Positions 1 to 8,220 of a DNA stretch of 21,760 nt are shown piece after piece. Each line of letters begins with the position of its first letter. Within the stretch, counting starts at the first letter, position 1. The notes beneath the pieces were generated by a model. That model was not told the DNA's origin, searched no databases, and saw only the letters and a list, made by a program, of their open reading frames with translations. The position numbers were made by a program, and so were the translations under genes. This DNA is from Gemmatimonadota bacterium (lineage in GTDB: Bacteria > Gemmatimonadota > Gemmatimonadetes > Gemmatimonadales > GWC2-71-9): contig JBDHAB010000043.1 of assembly GCA_039588295.1 (NCBI GenBank), positions 1 through 21,760 on the forward strand, given 5' to 3'.

Positions 1-286
1 CAACTGCGCCGTTCACCCAGACCAGGATGAACGCGGCCACGAGCGCAACGCCAACGCCGACGCGGTACGCGGCGTCGCCTGACTTCCTCACTGCCAGTTC
101 AAGGGGAATGCCGATGCCGAGCAGAAGGGCGCCGGCTAGAGCGAAGTCGGCCACACTCCAGTTCACCTCATCGGTGAACTGCATTGCAACCAGAGGCAGC
201 AGCAGGACAACCGCCGCGCCTGACCAACCCGCGATCCTCCAACTGCTGCTGCGCCGTTCGCCTCCGCTTCCCGAGTCTCGTGTCAT
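1..286 (-). CDS. Hypothetical integral membrane protein, runs off the window edge (missing from the ORF track)
   Basis: Manual translation from ATG at 286 (GGAGA RBS upstream): MTRDSGSGGERRSSSWRIAGWSGAAVVLLLPLVAMQFTDEVNWSVADFALAGALLLGIGIPLELAVRKSGDAAYRVGVGVALVAAFILVWVNGAV..., open to base 1, three hydrophobic segments. Confidence 0.8.
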   Translation of the reverse strand, partial: MTRDSGSGGERRSSSWRIAGWSGAAVVLLLPLVAMQFTDEVNWSVADFALAGALLLGIGIPLELAVRKSGDAAYRVGVGVALVAAFILVWVNGAV

Positions 287-334
287 TGCCCTGTCTCCAT
301 GCCCGTCCATGTCCATTGCCAGCCATGATTCGGA

Positions 335-356
335 AAAGTACTTTATGGTACAAAGT
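335..356. promoter_or_regulatory. AT-rich palindromic operator-like site upstream of the membrane protein gene
   Basis: Perfect palindrome AAAGTACTTT (335-344) overlapping the inverted repeat ACTTT-N7-AAAGT (340-356), about 50 bp upstream of the ATG at 286 in GC-rich DNA. Confidence 0.5.
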
Positions 357-455
357 TTGTCACCCGCCTGAAACGTGGGATAGTCTGACCAGGCTCGGTG
401 TGGCAAGAACAAGAAGAGCGCTCGTAAACAGAACCGAGACGGATTCAGTCACTAT

Positions 456-516
456 CGCACTCAGACGAACTCAGCCAAGCTCAGAAGAACTTGTTCAGAG
501 CAAATGGGGTTGAGCG
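456..516 (+). repeat. Modular att-like element, distal part only (10-bp-phased repeats plus TCAGAGCAAATGGGGTTGAGCG)
   Basis: Aligns without gaps to 17452-17512 (about 51/61 identical by eye) and to 9411-9466. Confidence 0.85.
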
Positions 517-929
517 CAAGCGCCGATGCCAGTGCATCGACGCTTGCACTCGTGCTCGCCGTCGCTCACGCTCGGGCATCGCATCAGGGGGTCGCGGGTT
601 GACGCCCACTCCACCCCACCTCGCCACTCGCGTCCGCCTCGCGTCAAATCCCGCCGTCCCGACTCACTAAGTTCAAGCCCTGCAACGGTCCTCGGCCTCA
701 CCGGCAGAGGATGGCCTCTGCCGCGTTGTCAGTGTCGTCGAAGCCGTCACCGTTAATCATACCCCACCCGCAGTCACGAATGCTTGCCCCGCGTCGGGCG
801 ATTGGCTTACGTCCTACACACCGCCGCGAACCCACACGTCGAGCAGCGCGTCATCTCCGACAACTCCTTCTCTATTTCTCACGGGAGGCGGCTCGTAGAC
901 TTCGGTCGTTCCCCTCCAAGGAGATGATC

Positions 930-1418
930 ATGCGTAGCATGATTCTCTCGTTCATGCTGCCCGCGGCCTTCGCCTGTCAGCCAGCCACCGTCGAGCGGCA
1001 CGCCACCACCACCGGACCCGAGGTCGAGGCCGTCACAGCCCTTCTCGCTCAGTACTGTGCCAACGTGCGCGCGGGAGACGTAGAGATCTGGGCAACGCTG
1101 CGTGCTGATGACATGGTCCACTTCCCGCCGGATGCACCGCCCATCGTGGGTCTGGACGGATTTCGACCCGTGGCCGAAGGTCTCTTCAGAGAGAACACCA
1201 TCGCGCTGAACGCTCGAGCCGACGAGGTAATCGTGGCTGGGGACCTGGCGGTCATGCGCGCTTCCTTTGAGGAGACGATCACCCCGAAGGATGAGGGGGA
1301 GCCGACTGAGATAGCCGGCAACTGGTTGATCGTCTTGAGGAAACAGGCTGACGGTTCGTGGAAAGTGTGGCGTGACATGTGGAGTATGGTCCCTCCACCA
1401 CAGGCGCCGGCGATGTAA
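930..1418 (+). CDS. DUF4440 / SnoaL-like (NTF2-fold, YybH-type) lipoprotein
   Basis: AAGGAG RBS at 918-923 then ATG 930; signal with lipobox-like AFAC; motifs DDMVHFPPDAPPIVG, EVIVAGDLAV, GNWLIVLRKQADGSWKVWRDMW. Confidence 0.85.
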   Translation: MRSMILSFMLPAAFACQPATVERHATTTGPEVEAVTALLAQYCANVRAGDVEIWATLRADDMVHFPPDAPPIVGLDGFRPVAEGLFRENTIALNARADEVIVAGDLAVMRASFEETITPKDEGEPTEIAGNWLIVLRKQADGSWKVWRDMWSMVPPPQAPAM

Positions 1419-1649
1419 CGACGTACCGATGCCCCCCCTCCGGGACGACTGACGAAACACTGCCATGCAAGGAGAATAGATCCATCACACGTGGTCCTGT
1501 ATAGGGCGGTAGCACGCAGCCAAGCCCTAGCCGCACCAAGACGCCGGCGCGCTGGTAACGGCTCGTCGCGCCGCCTGCTTTGATCTCGCTTAAGCGCTGA
1601 GGGCGGCGCTCACGGGCTGCACGCAGGGCTGATGCGTCTCAGTGAAGAA

Positions 1650-1676
1650 CCCCGAGTGTCACGCCGCGTTTGGGAC
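1650..1676 (+). repeat. Degenerate copy of the GCCCCGAGCG...CGTTCGGGGC hairpin module
   Basis: CCCCGAGTGTCACGCCGCGTTTGGGAC versus GCCCCGAGCGTCACTCGGCGTTCGGGGC at 17309. Confidence 0.65.
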
Positions 1677-1720
1677 GGTCGGTGGGCTGCGGCTCAATCG
1701 AAACTGAACAATTCCCGTCC

Positions 1721-1749
1721 TTGGACATCCGCGTGACCTGCCCTACACT
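1721..1749 (+). promoter_or_regulatory. Putative sigma70-type promoter
   Basis: TTGGAC (1721-1726), 17-nt spacer, TACACT (1744-1749), upstream of the 1976 CDS. Confidence 0.5.
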
Positions 1750-1770
1750 GGGTTGCTGATTTCAAATCTG

Positions 1771-1814
1771 TCGGTGGCCCTCCACGGCCCCGCCGCCTGA
1801 CAGACGCCGCAGTG
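1771..1814 (+). repeat. Conserved 5' leader module, second copy at 4063-4107
   Basis: TCGGTGGCCCTCCACGGCCCCGCCGCCTGACAGACGCCGCAGTG versus TCGGTGGCCTTCCACAGCCCCCGCCGCCTGCCTGATGCCGCAATG. Confidence 0.75.
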
Positions 1815-1975
1815 TGACGCCCGCCTGACGACGAGACCACTCCGCCATCGAAGGAGAATCGCCATTACCTGAACAGGGAGGGACCATGCGCACAGCCCAA
1901 AGCCCTCGCGTGTCGGTGTCTCATGACCACCGTGGCAGGCGCAGTCCCCCGCATCGGCATGGAGGGATGCTTCCA

Positions 1976-2422
1976 ATGAGGCGGCTCAGCATCATGACGC
2001 TACTGGCATCGACGTTCCTCGTCGCAGGCCCGCTCGCCGCGCAGGAGCAACCCGGAACCTTGTTCATCAGGGGGGAATACTGGACCTGTCCGCAGGAGAA
2101 CATCGAGGCGCTCGTTCAGACGTCGGACTCGATCTGGGCACCGATACTCGACGGGATGGTGTCAGACGGTGAGTTCGTCAGATGGGGCTGGGCGACGCCC
2201 TTCCGCGCCTTCCATGGCCAAGGTGAGGAAGCCGAACTTCAAGAAATCGAACCCAAGTGGGACTTAGTAGTCTCCTTCACGGCGAAAAGTGAAGAGGCTT
2301 TCGACTCCGCATGGGAGGAGTACTTCGCTCGACTGAAGGCCAAGTTCCCGGACTTCCAGAGCCCGTGGCAGTTTTGTGACGGGTTGGTGATAGTTGACTA
2401 CTGGGCGCCTGCTTCTCGCTAA
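1976..2422 (+). CDS. Hypothetical secreted protein (148 aa)
   Basis: GGAGG RBS at 1961-1965; Sec signal MRRLSIMTLLASTFLVAGPLAA/QEQ; protein-like composition. Confidence 0.75.
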   Translation: MRRLSIMTLLASTFLVAGPLAAQEQPGTLFIRGEYWTCPQENIEALVQTSDSIWAPILDGMVSDGEFVRWGWATPFRAFHGQGEEAELQEIEPKWDLVVSFTAKSEEAFDSAWEEYFARLKAKFPDFQSPWQFCDGLVIVDYWAPASR

Positions 2423-2447
2423 GGAAGCAGCTGTGTAAAGAGGCCAC

Positions 2448-2476
2448 GGGGCGGCTCCACCAGGGCCGCCCCTCTT
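2448..2476 (+). terminator. Putative intrinsic terminator
   Basis: GGGGCGGCTC-CACCA-GGGCCGCCCC hairpin followed by TCTT, 25 bp after the stop at 2422. Confidence 0.55.
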
Positions 2477-2496
2477 CATCTCGGCTGCAACAAACC

Positions 2497-2528
2497 GCCC
2501 CGAGCGTCACGTGGCGTTCGAGGCTTTT
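2497..2528 (+). repeat. Hairpin module of the repeated element (terminator-like)
   Basis: GCCCCGAGCGTCACGTGGCGTTCGAGGC followed by TTTT. Confidence 0.85.
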
Positions 2529-2627
2529 GGTTACTCGCAATGGTAACGGCCAGGCCATATCTTCACCCCCATGTCCGACATCACGTCCCGACTCTCGACC
2601 GACGACGAGAGGTCAAGAGGACTCGGA

Positions 2628-3737
2628 ATGCACCGGCGTGTACTGTCGCTCATGATCGGCTCGCTTCTTCTCCCGCTGGGCTGCGATGGCCCTACGGGTC
2701 CAACCCCGAGCGAGTTCTGTAGTGACTATCCCGACGCGGCCATCGCGACGTTCGAGGATGCCAACTTGGAGGCGGCGATTAGGGCTGCACTCTCGGTCGG
2801 CGCGCAGGAGGATCTCACCTGCGGCCTGATATCCGGACTCACGGTGTTACTTGCCTGGCGCCGCGAGATCACGAGCCTGGTGGGGATTCAGAATCTCACC
2901 GGCCTGACGGAACTCTGGCTCGACCACAACTCGATCACCGACGTCGACCCGCTGAGTGGGCTCACGGGCCTGACGGGCCTCTGGCTCAACGACAACTCGA
3001 TCGCCGACATCGGGCCGCTACGCGGGCTCACGAGCCTGACGACCCTCGACCTCGACAACAACTCGATCACCGACGTCGGCCCCTTGAGCGGGCTCACGAG
3101 CCTGATAGGGCTCGGCCTCCGCAACAACACGATCAGCGACATCAGTCCTCTCGGAGAGCTCCCTGGCCTGGAGGCCCTCTGGCTTGACGGCAACGCGATC
3201 AGCGACCTCAGCGCATTGAGCGGTCTCACGAGCCTGGAGAGCATTGACCTCAACAACAACGCGATCAGCGACATCGGCGCGGTGAGTGGACTCGCGAGGC
3301 TAACATCTCTCGGCCTCGACAACAACTCGATCCGTGACATTGGGCCGGTGAATGGGCTCACGAACTTGACAACCCTCAACTTTGGCCGCAACGCGATCAC
3401 CGACATCAGCCCGCTAAGTGGCCTCCCGAGCCTGAGAGACCTCGGCCCCAGCAACAATGCGATTAGTGACATCGGGCCTCTCGCAGGGCTCACGAGCCTG
3501 GGGAACCTCGGCCTCAGCTCCAACGCGATCAGCAACACCAGGGCGCTCGCTGGGCTCACGAACCTGTCGGCCCTGGCGCTCAACAACAACCCAAACCTCA
3601 CCGACATCCAGCCGTTGCTCGACAACACAGGACTCGGCGCGGGCGATGTCGTGTATCTCCGTTCCACGAGCGTGAGTTGCACGGACGTGGCCGCGCTGGA
3701 AGCCAAGGGAGTGACGGTGCAGTCCGACTGTTCGTGA
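2628..3737 (+). CDS. Internalin-like leucine-rich repeat lipoprotein
   Basis: GAGGA RBS then ATG 2628; lipobox LPLGC; cap motif FEDANLEAAIR; about 12 22-aa repeats LxxLxLxxNxIxDIxPLxGLTx (66-bp DNA periodicity); C-terminal cap. Confidence 0.92.
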   Translation: MHRRVLSLMIGSLLLPLGCDGPTGPTPSEFCSDYPDAAIATFEDANLEAAIRAALSVGAQEDLTCGLISGLTVLLAWRREITSLVGIQNLTGLTELWLDHNSITDVDPLSGLTGLTGLWLNDNSIADIGPLRGLTSLTTLDLDNNSITDVGPLSGLTSLIGLGLRNNTISDISPLGELPGLEALWLDGNAISDLSALSGLTSLESIDLNNNAISDIGAVSGLARLTSLGLDNNSIRDIGPVNGLTNLTTLNFGRNAITDISPLSGLPSLRDLGPSNNAISDIGPLAGLTSLGNLGLSSNAISNTRALAGLTNLSALALNNNPNLTDIQPLLDNTGLGAGDVVYLRSTSVSCTDVAALEAKGVTVQSDCS

Positions 3738-3760
3738 ACGACGCCGCGCCGTTGGCGATC

Positions 3761-3960
3761 AGCCCGAGCGTCAGGCGGCGCTCGGGGCATGCGGACGATA
3801 GTAAGTCGGTAAGAGGGTACGAAGGTAGTCCTACGATCTTACCGTCCTACCCTCCTACCGCCTTCCGTGGTGTGCGAAGAGTGTGCAGCGGACGACGGTA
3901 AGCACGTAGGATGGTAGGCTGGTAACCTACCCGCCTACCAGCCCATCTTCCTACCATCAT
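3761..3960 (+). repeat. Modular element: hairpin, GGTAG/CTACC palindrome, GTGGTGTGCGAAGAGTGTGC, second GGTAG/CTACC palindrome
   Basis: Hairpin 3761-3788; 8-bp-periodic block about 3797-3866; direct-repeat motif 3867-3886; second block about 3893-3958. Same layout as 9970-10140. Confidence 0.85.
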
Positions 3961-4000
3961 CTACATACACGACCATTTCACTTCAATTGTTGAGTCTTTG

Positions 4001-4049
4001 CGACTCTTGCGATCCCGTTGCACGGAGCGTAAGCTAGCGCCGCACAACT
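4001..4049 (+). promoter_or_regulatory. Duplicated promoter module, second copy at 7146-7194
   Basis: 25-bp identity CGACTCTTGCGATCCCGTTGCACGG with 7146-7170 and shared CCGCACAACT; TTGCGA (4007-4012)-N17-TAAGCT (4030-4035). Confidence 0.7.
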
Positions 4050-4104
4050 TGAAGCAACTGTATCGGTGGCCTTCCACAGCCCCCGCCGCCTGCCTGATGC
4101 CGCA

Positions 4105-4752
4105 ATGATCCGCCACGCGCTCACAGCAACAATCTGCACCGCCTTACTGACGGTCGCCGGCGAACGCCTCTGCGCCCAGGACATCTCGGTCGGAGGCAGA
4201 CTCGGCCTGGTCGGCGGGGCCGTGTGGTTCGAGGACGAAGAGGCCAACGATATGAACCGGCCGAGGGCTGGTTTCCAGATCGGCGGCGTAGTGGCGTACC
4301 GATCGCATTCGATCCTCTCGATGCAGGCTGAACTCTGGTACGTGCAGAAGGGCTGGACGGAAACGCAAGGCGGCGGAGGCCGGCGGTTGACGTACGTGGA
4401 GTTGCCCGTGCTCCTGACGGTGACTGCTCCCTGGAAGACCGCCCCCCAACTGCTCGCGGGTGCGTCTGCGAGTCTGGAGTTGGGTTGCTCGGTCACCGGC
4501 GTGCGCGGGGTGGGCAGTGTGAGCTGCGACGATCCGCAGGTGGAGTGGCATCACACGAAGGCCCAGTTCGGAACCTGGCTTGGACTGGGAGTGCGGCGGC
4601 GGCTGGGCTCGAGCCATCTCGCTGTTCAACTGCTGGCCAATCTCAATCTGACCAACCTGAACAGCGAGCCTCTGCCACGGGGATACGTCAGACTGCTGTC
4701 GGCTACCCTATCGGCCACTTACGTGATCGCCCTTGGAGGAACGGCACGATGA
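4105..4752 (+). CDS. Outer-membrane beta-barrel protein (PorT/OMP_b-brl_2-like)
   Basis: Signal peptide, then ISVGGRLGL, GFQIGG, SMQAELWYVQKG, LTYVELPVLL amphipathic strands. Start placed at ATG 4105. Confidence 0.8.
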   Translation: MIRHALTATICTALLTVAGERLCAQDISVGGRLGLVGGAVWFEDEEANDMNRPRAGFQIGGVVAYRSHSILSMQAELWYVQKGWTETQGGGGRRLTYVELPVLLTVTAPWKTAPQLLAGASASLELGCSVTGVRGVGSVSCDDPQVEWHHTKAQFGTWLGLGVRRRLGSSHLAVQLLANLNLTNLNSEPLPRGYVRLLSATLSATYVIALGGTAR

Positions 4753-5849
4753 GTCCACGTCGACCATCCGCGTTTCGAATCGGAGCCGCCGTCGCCACGT
4801 TCGCGCTCGTGACGGCCGCATGTGGAGAGACGCCGCTCGAACCAGTAACCGTTACGCCGGTCGAGGGCCTCCAAGGCTTCGAGGCGTCGCTCGACAGCAT
4901 CCGGGTGGCGCTCCGGATCCCGGGCCTGGCTGCCGCGATCGCCCAGGGGGACGGGATCGTCTGGTCGCGCGGATTCGGACTGGCCGACGTCGAGCGTGGC
5001 AGGCCCGCGACCGACACGACGTCCTTCTACGTGGCCTCGGTTACGAAATCGGTGGCCGCCATCGTACTGATGCAGCTGGTCGAGGAGGGGCTGGTGAACC
5101 TCGACGAGCCCATCAGCGACTACGGCGTGAACCTCGAAGCCGACGGCGTGATCACCGTGAAACACGTCTTCAATCACACCTCCGAGGGCAACCCCGGCAC
5201 CGTGTTTCGGTACAACGGGGGCCGCTACATCAAGCTGGGATCCGTGATGTTGCAGGCGACCGGCGAGACGTTTGCGCAGTTGCTCGCGGAGCGAATTGTG
5301 CAACCTCTCGGGCTCCGCCACACCGCGCCGGATGTCGAGCTCCTGGCGGATTTCTACGTGACCGGTCTCCCCAGACAAGCGTTCCTGGCCAACGTCGCGA
5401 TGCCGTACGAGCTGGTGGACGGCCAGGTCGTTCCCTTCGCCCGGATTCGTCATTTCAGCCCAGCCGCGGGGTTGGTGACCTCCGTGCGGGACCTCGCACG
5501 CATCTCGATCGCCCTAGACGCCGGTCACCTGCTCGGTTCCCCGGCCGGAGAGGAAATGCTGTCGCCCTCGATCGAGATATACGGGCCCAGCAGGACGTAC
5601 GGTCTGGGCTGGTTCGTGCAGATGTACGAGGGCGTCAAGCTGGAGTGGCACTTCGGTCTGGCACTCGGGCATTCGTCCCTCATGATCCGCGCGCCTCAGC
5701 AGGAGCTCGTGTTCGTGGCAGTCGCCAATACGAGCAGTTTGACCGGGGCATACGACATGGGCGCCTCCGACATCATGGTGACCGGTCCCGGACGGTTGTT
5801 CGTCGAGTCGTTCGTGCTGGGAAACGAGCCCCTTCCCAGCACTAGGTAG
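4749..5849 (+). CDS. Serine hydrolase, beta-lactamase class C / PBP family lipoprotein
   Basis: ATGA overlap with the upstream stop; lipobox TAAC; IPGLAAAI, GFGLAD, SxxK (ASVTKS), PGTVFRYN, YGLGWF, WHFG. Confidence 0.92.
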   Translation: MSPRRPSAFRIGAAVATFALVTAACGETPLEPVTVTPVEGLQGFEASLDSIRVALRIPGLAAAIAQGDGIVWSRGFGLADVERGRPATDTTSFYVASVTKSVAAIVLMQLVEEGLVNLDEPISDYGVNLEADGVITVKHVFNHTSEGNPGTVFRYNGGRYIKLGSVMLQATGETFAQLLAERIVQPLGLRHTAPDVELLADFYVTGLPRQAFLANVAMPYELVDGQVVPFARIRHFSPAAGLVTSVRDLARISIALDAGHLLGSPAGEEMLSPSIEIYGPSRTYGLGWFVQMYEGVKLEWHFGLALGHSSLMIRAPQQELVFVAVANTSSLTGAYDMGASDIMVTGPGRLFVESFVLGNEPLPSTR

Positions 5850-6022
5850 TACCCATGCTGACATAGGCTAATCTCTTCGTGCGATTCAGGTGAACTCCGA
5901 GTCCCGATCCCCCAGCATGGACAGATCAGGGGTTGGAACTCACCTTTTGGGGCGTCGGCTCGCAGCGCGCGCACTGAGACCTTGATTAGGTGGAACGCCG
6001 GACGGCGAAGAGGTCACCGCTG

Positions 6023-6622
6023 ATGGAACAACGGTCAGCAGTGGTATGGCCGGGAGCCATGAGCTGGGTGACCACACGGTTGGACTACCTCGTGAACTGG
6101 GCGCGGTCCAACAGTCTCTGGCCGATGCCGTTCAACACGGCGTGCTGCGCCATCGAGTTCATGGCGACGTGGGCGTCGCGGTTTGATGCCGCGCGCTTCG
6201 GCATGGAGTGGATGAGGTTCTCGCCTCGCCAAGCCGATGTCCTCATTTGCAGCGGGCGCGTGCCCGTGAAGCTCGCTCCCGTGATCCGTCGCATCTATGA
6301 CCAGATGCCTCAGCCAAAGTGGGTGATTGCGATGGGGGCGTGTGCCTCGACCGGCGGGGTGTTCGACACCTACGCAATGGTGCAGGGCATCGACCTCATC
6401 GTCCCGGTCGATGTCTACATCCCGGGGTGCCCACCTCGTCCAGAAGGTCTCGTTTACGGTATCCTGCTACTCCAGAAGAAGGTGCGCGGCGAGACGTTAC
6501 GTGATTCGTCTCTGCGCGAAGAGCATCCGCTTGCTCCCGGAGGGCTGCGGATCCCTCCTCGACTGGTCGACGAACTGGCGGAGCCGTTCGGCAACTCGAT
6601 CCACCAAACGCGGTCGGCGTAG
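6023..6622 (+). CDS. nuoB: NADH-quinone oxidoreductase subunit B, stand-alone copy
   Basis: [63 protein letters not shown]; all four cluster N2 cysteines present. Start could be 6059. Confidence 0.93.
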   Translation: MEQRSAVVWPGAMSWVTTRLDYLVNWARSNSLWPMPFNTACCAIEFMATWASRFDAARFGMEWMRFSPRQADVLICSGRVPVKLAPVIRRIYDQMPQPKWVIAMGACASTGGVFDTYAMVQGIDLIVPVDVYIPGCPPRPEGLVYGILLLQKKVRGETLRDSSLREEHPLAPGGLRIPPRLVDELAEPFGNSIHQTRSA

Positions 6623-6773
6623 CGATAGTGGTGAGCTGCCGCCGCGCAGCGACCGGGCCCGGCCGTGTCACAAGCGACGCGAGATGTGCAACTGGGTCGA
6701 GAAGACGCCGTAGTGAGACCAGTTGCGCCGGGCCGTCACTCACTTCTCCTTGCGAACCCGGCAGGAGCCACTC

Positions 6774-7091
6774 ATGAGAGACAGCTACAGTGCTTCTTGG
6801 GTCATCGTCCGACCGCTCTTCATTTCGCTTGCACTCGGTCCGGCCGTCCTCACCAGTGCCGAGGCGCAGGCTGAGCCTGAGATCCCGTTGCCGTTGGAGT
6901 TCGTGGCCGCCGGTGTGGTTTCGACTGACGGCGGGGAAGCATTCCCAACCCTGACGCCGGACGGCACGAGTCTCTATTTCGCGACGCACGAACGCGGATG
7001 GACGGGTTTGCACATCGTCGTGTCGCTAGCGGCGGGAACCGTGCGCAACTCGCACACGGCGTTCCGGACTCCTGTCTTTGCGCTCCGGTGA
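6774..7091 (+). pseudogene. 3'-truncated TolB-like/PD40 beta-propeller gene
   Basis: AGGAG RBS, signal peptide, then AAGVVSTDGGEAFPTLTPDGTSLYFAT (one PD40-type blade). Resemblance ends near 7030 and the frame stops after 105 aa. Confidence 0.7.
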
Positions 7092-7145
7092 GCGATGCGC
7101 GACGCCTCGGGCGGGAGGATGAACAGAGTGTCAACAACGACAGCA

Positions 7146-7194
7146 CGACTCTTGCGATCCCGTTGCACGGGGTACAACGTAGGCCCGCACAACT
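7146..7194 (+). promoter_or_regulatory. Duplicated promoter module upstream of qor
   Basis: Copy of 4001-4049; TTGCGA-N17-CAACGT. Confidence 0.65.
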
Positions 7195-7207
7195 GATAGA
7201 AACTCCC

Positions 7208-8176
7208 ATGAAGGCGATTCGCTTCCATCAGACCGGGCCGCCCGAGGTGCTTCAGTGGGAGGATGTCGACGTCGGCTCGCCGGGGCCGGGCGAGGTGCGG
7301 CTGCGGCACACGGCCGTGGGGTTGAACTTCATCGACACCTATCACCGCAGCGGCGTCTATCCGGCCGAAGTGCCCGGGGGCTTGGGGGTCGAAGGCGCCG
7401 GGGTCGTCGAGGAGGCAGGTCAGGAGACTCCGTTTCGACCGGGCGACCGGGTGGCGTACGCCGGTGGACCGCTGGGAAGCTACTCGCAGCAGCGGTGCAT
7501 GCCGGCCGACCGGCTGGTCGCATTGCCGGACCAGATCGACGACCAAACCGCCGCGGCCGTTACGCTGAAAGGCCTGACGACCCACTACCTGCTCCGCCGC
7601 ACCTACGACGTGCAGCCGGGCGACACCATCCTGGTCCACGCCGCGGCGGGCGGCGTCGGACTGCTGCTCTGCCAGTGGGCCGCGCATGTGGGCGCGACGG
7701 TGATCGGCACGGTGGGCAGCCGGGACAAGGCCGACCTGGCGGCGGCCCACGGCTGCCATCACCCAGTACTCTATCGTGACGAGGACTTCGTGCAGCGGGT
7801 CCGCGAACTGACCGGTGGCGAAGGCGTGCCCGTCGTGTACGACTCGGTCGGCAAAGCCACGTTCGAGGGATCGTTGAACTGTCTCCGGCCGCTGGGCCTG
7901 ATGGTCACCTTCGGCCAGTCCTCGGGGATGGTTGACCCGCTGCCGGTTCACGAACTGACCCGCCGCGGGTCGCTGTATCTCACACGGCCGACGCTGGCGA
8001 GCTACACCGCCACGCGACAGCAGCTGGAGGCGAGCGCCGCTGAGTTGTTTGCAGTCGTGGCGAACGGCGCGGTCCGGGTGCGAATCGGGCAGACCTATCC
8101 GCTGGCGGACGCCGTCCAGGCTCATCGCGATCTGGAGGGTCGGCGCACGACTGGCGCGACGGTGTTGGCGCCTTAG
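7208..8176 (+). CDS. qor: NADPH:quinone oxidoreductase (zeta-crystallin/MDR family)
   Basis: MKAIRFHQTGPPEVLQWE, GLNFIDTYHRSG, GVEGAGVV, HAAAGGVG nucleotide-binding motif, YDSVGK, FGQSSG, GSLYLTRPTL, AHRDLEGRRTTG. Confidence 0.95.
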   Translation: MKAIRFHQTGPPEVLQWEDVDVGSPGPGEVRLRHTAVGLNFIDTYHRSGVYPAEVPGGLGVEGAGVVEEAGQETPFRPGDRVAYAGGPLGSYSQQRCMPADRLVALPDQIDDQTAAAVTLKGLTTHYLLRRTYDVQPGDTILVHAAAGGVGLLLCQWAAHVGATVIGTVGSRDKADLAAAHGCHHPVLYRDEDFVQRVRELTGGEGVPVVYDSVGKATFEGSLNCLRPLGLMVTFGQSSGMVDPLPVHELTRRGSLYLTRPTLASYTATRQQLEASAAELFAVVANGAVRVRIGQTYPLADAVQAHRDLEGRRTTGATVLAP

Positions 8177-8220
8177 GCCGCGATCGCTGAGTGTCCAACA
8201 TTCGCTCAGGAGGGTAGCGC

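Noticed and set aside
27..371. 114-aa plus-strand ORF
   Set aside because: Shadow of the minus-strand membrane protein gene starting at 286.
2888..3790. 300-aa minus-strand repetitive ORF
   Set aside because: Antisense shadow of the LRR gene.
4485..4748. N-terminal extension of the serine hydrolase ORF (likewise 711-929, 6998-7207, 21628-21753)
   Set aside because: The extensions overlap other genes or intergenic modules. Family N-termini, RBSs and signal peptides point to the later starts.
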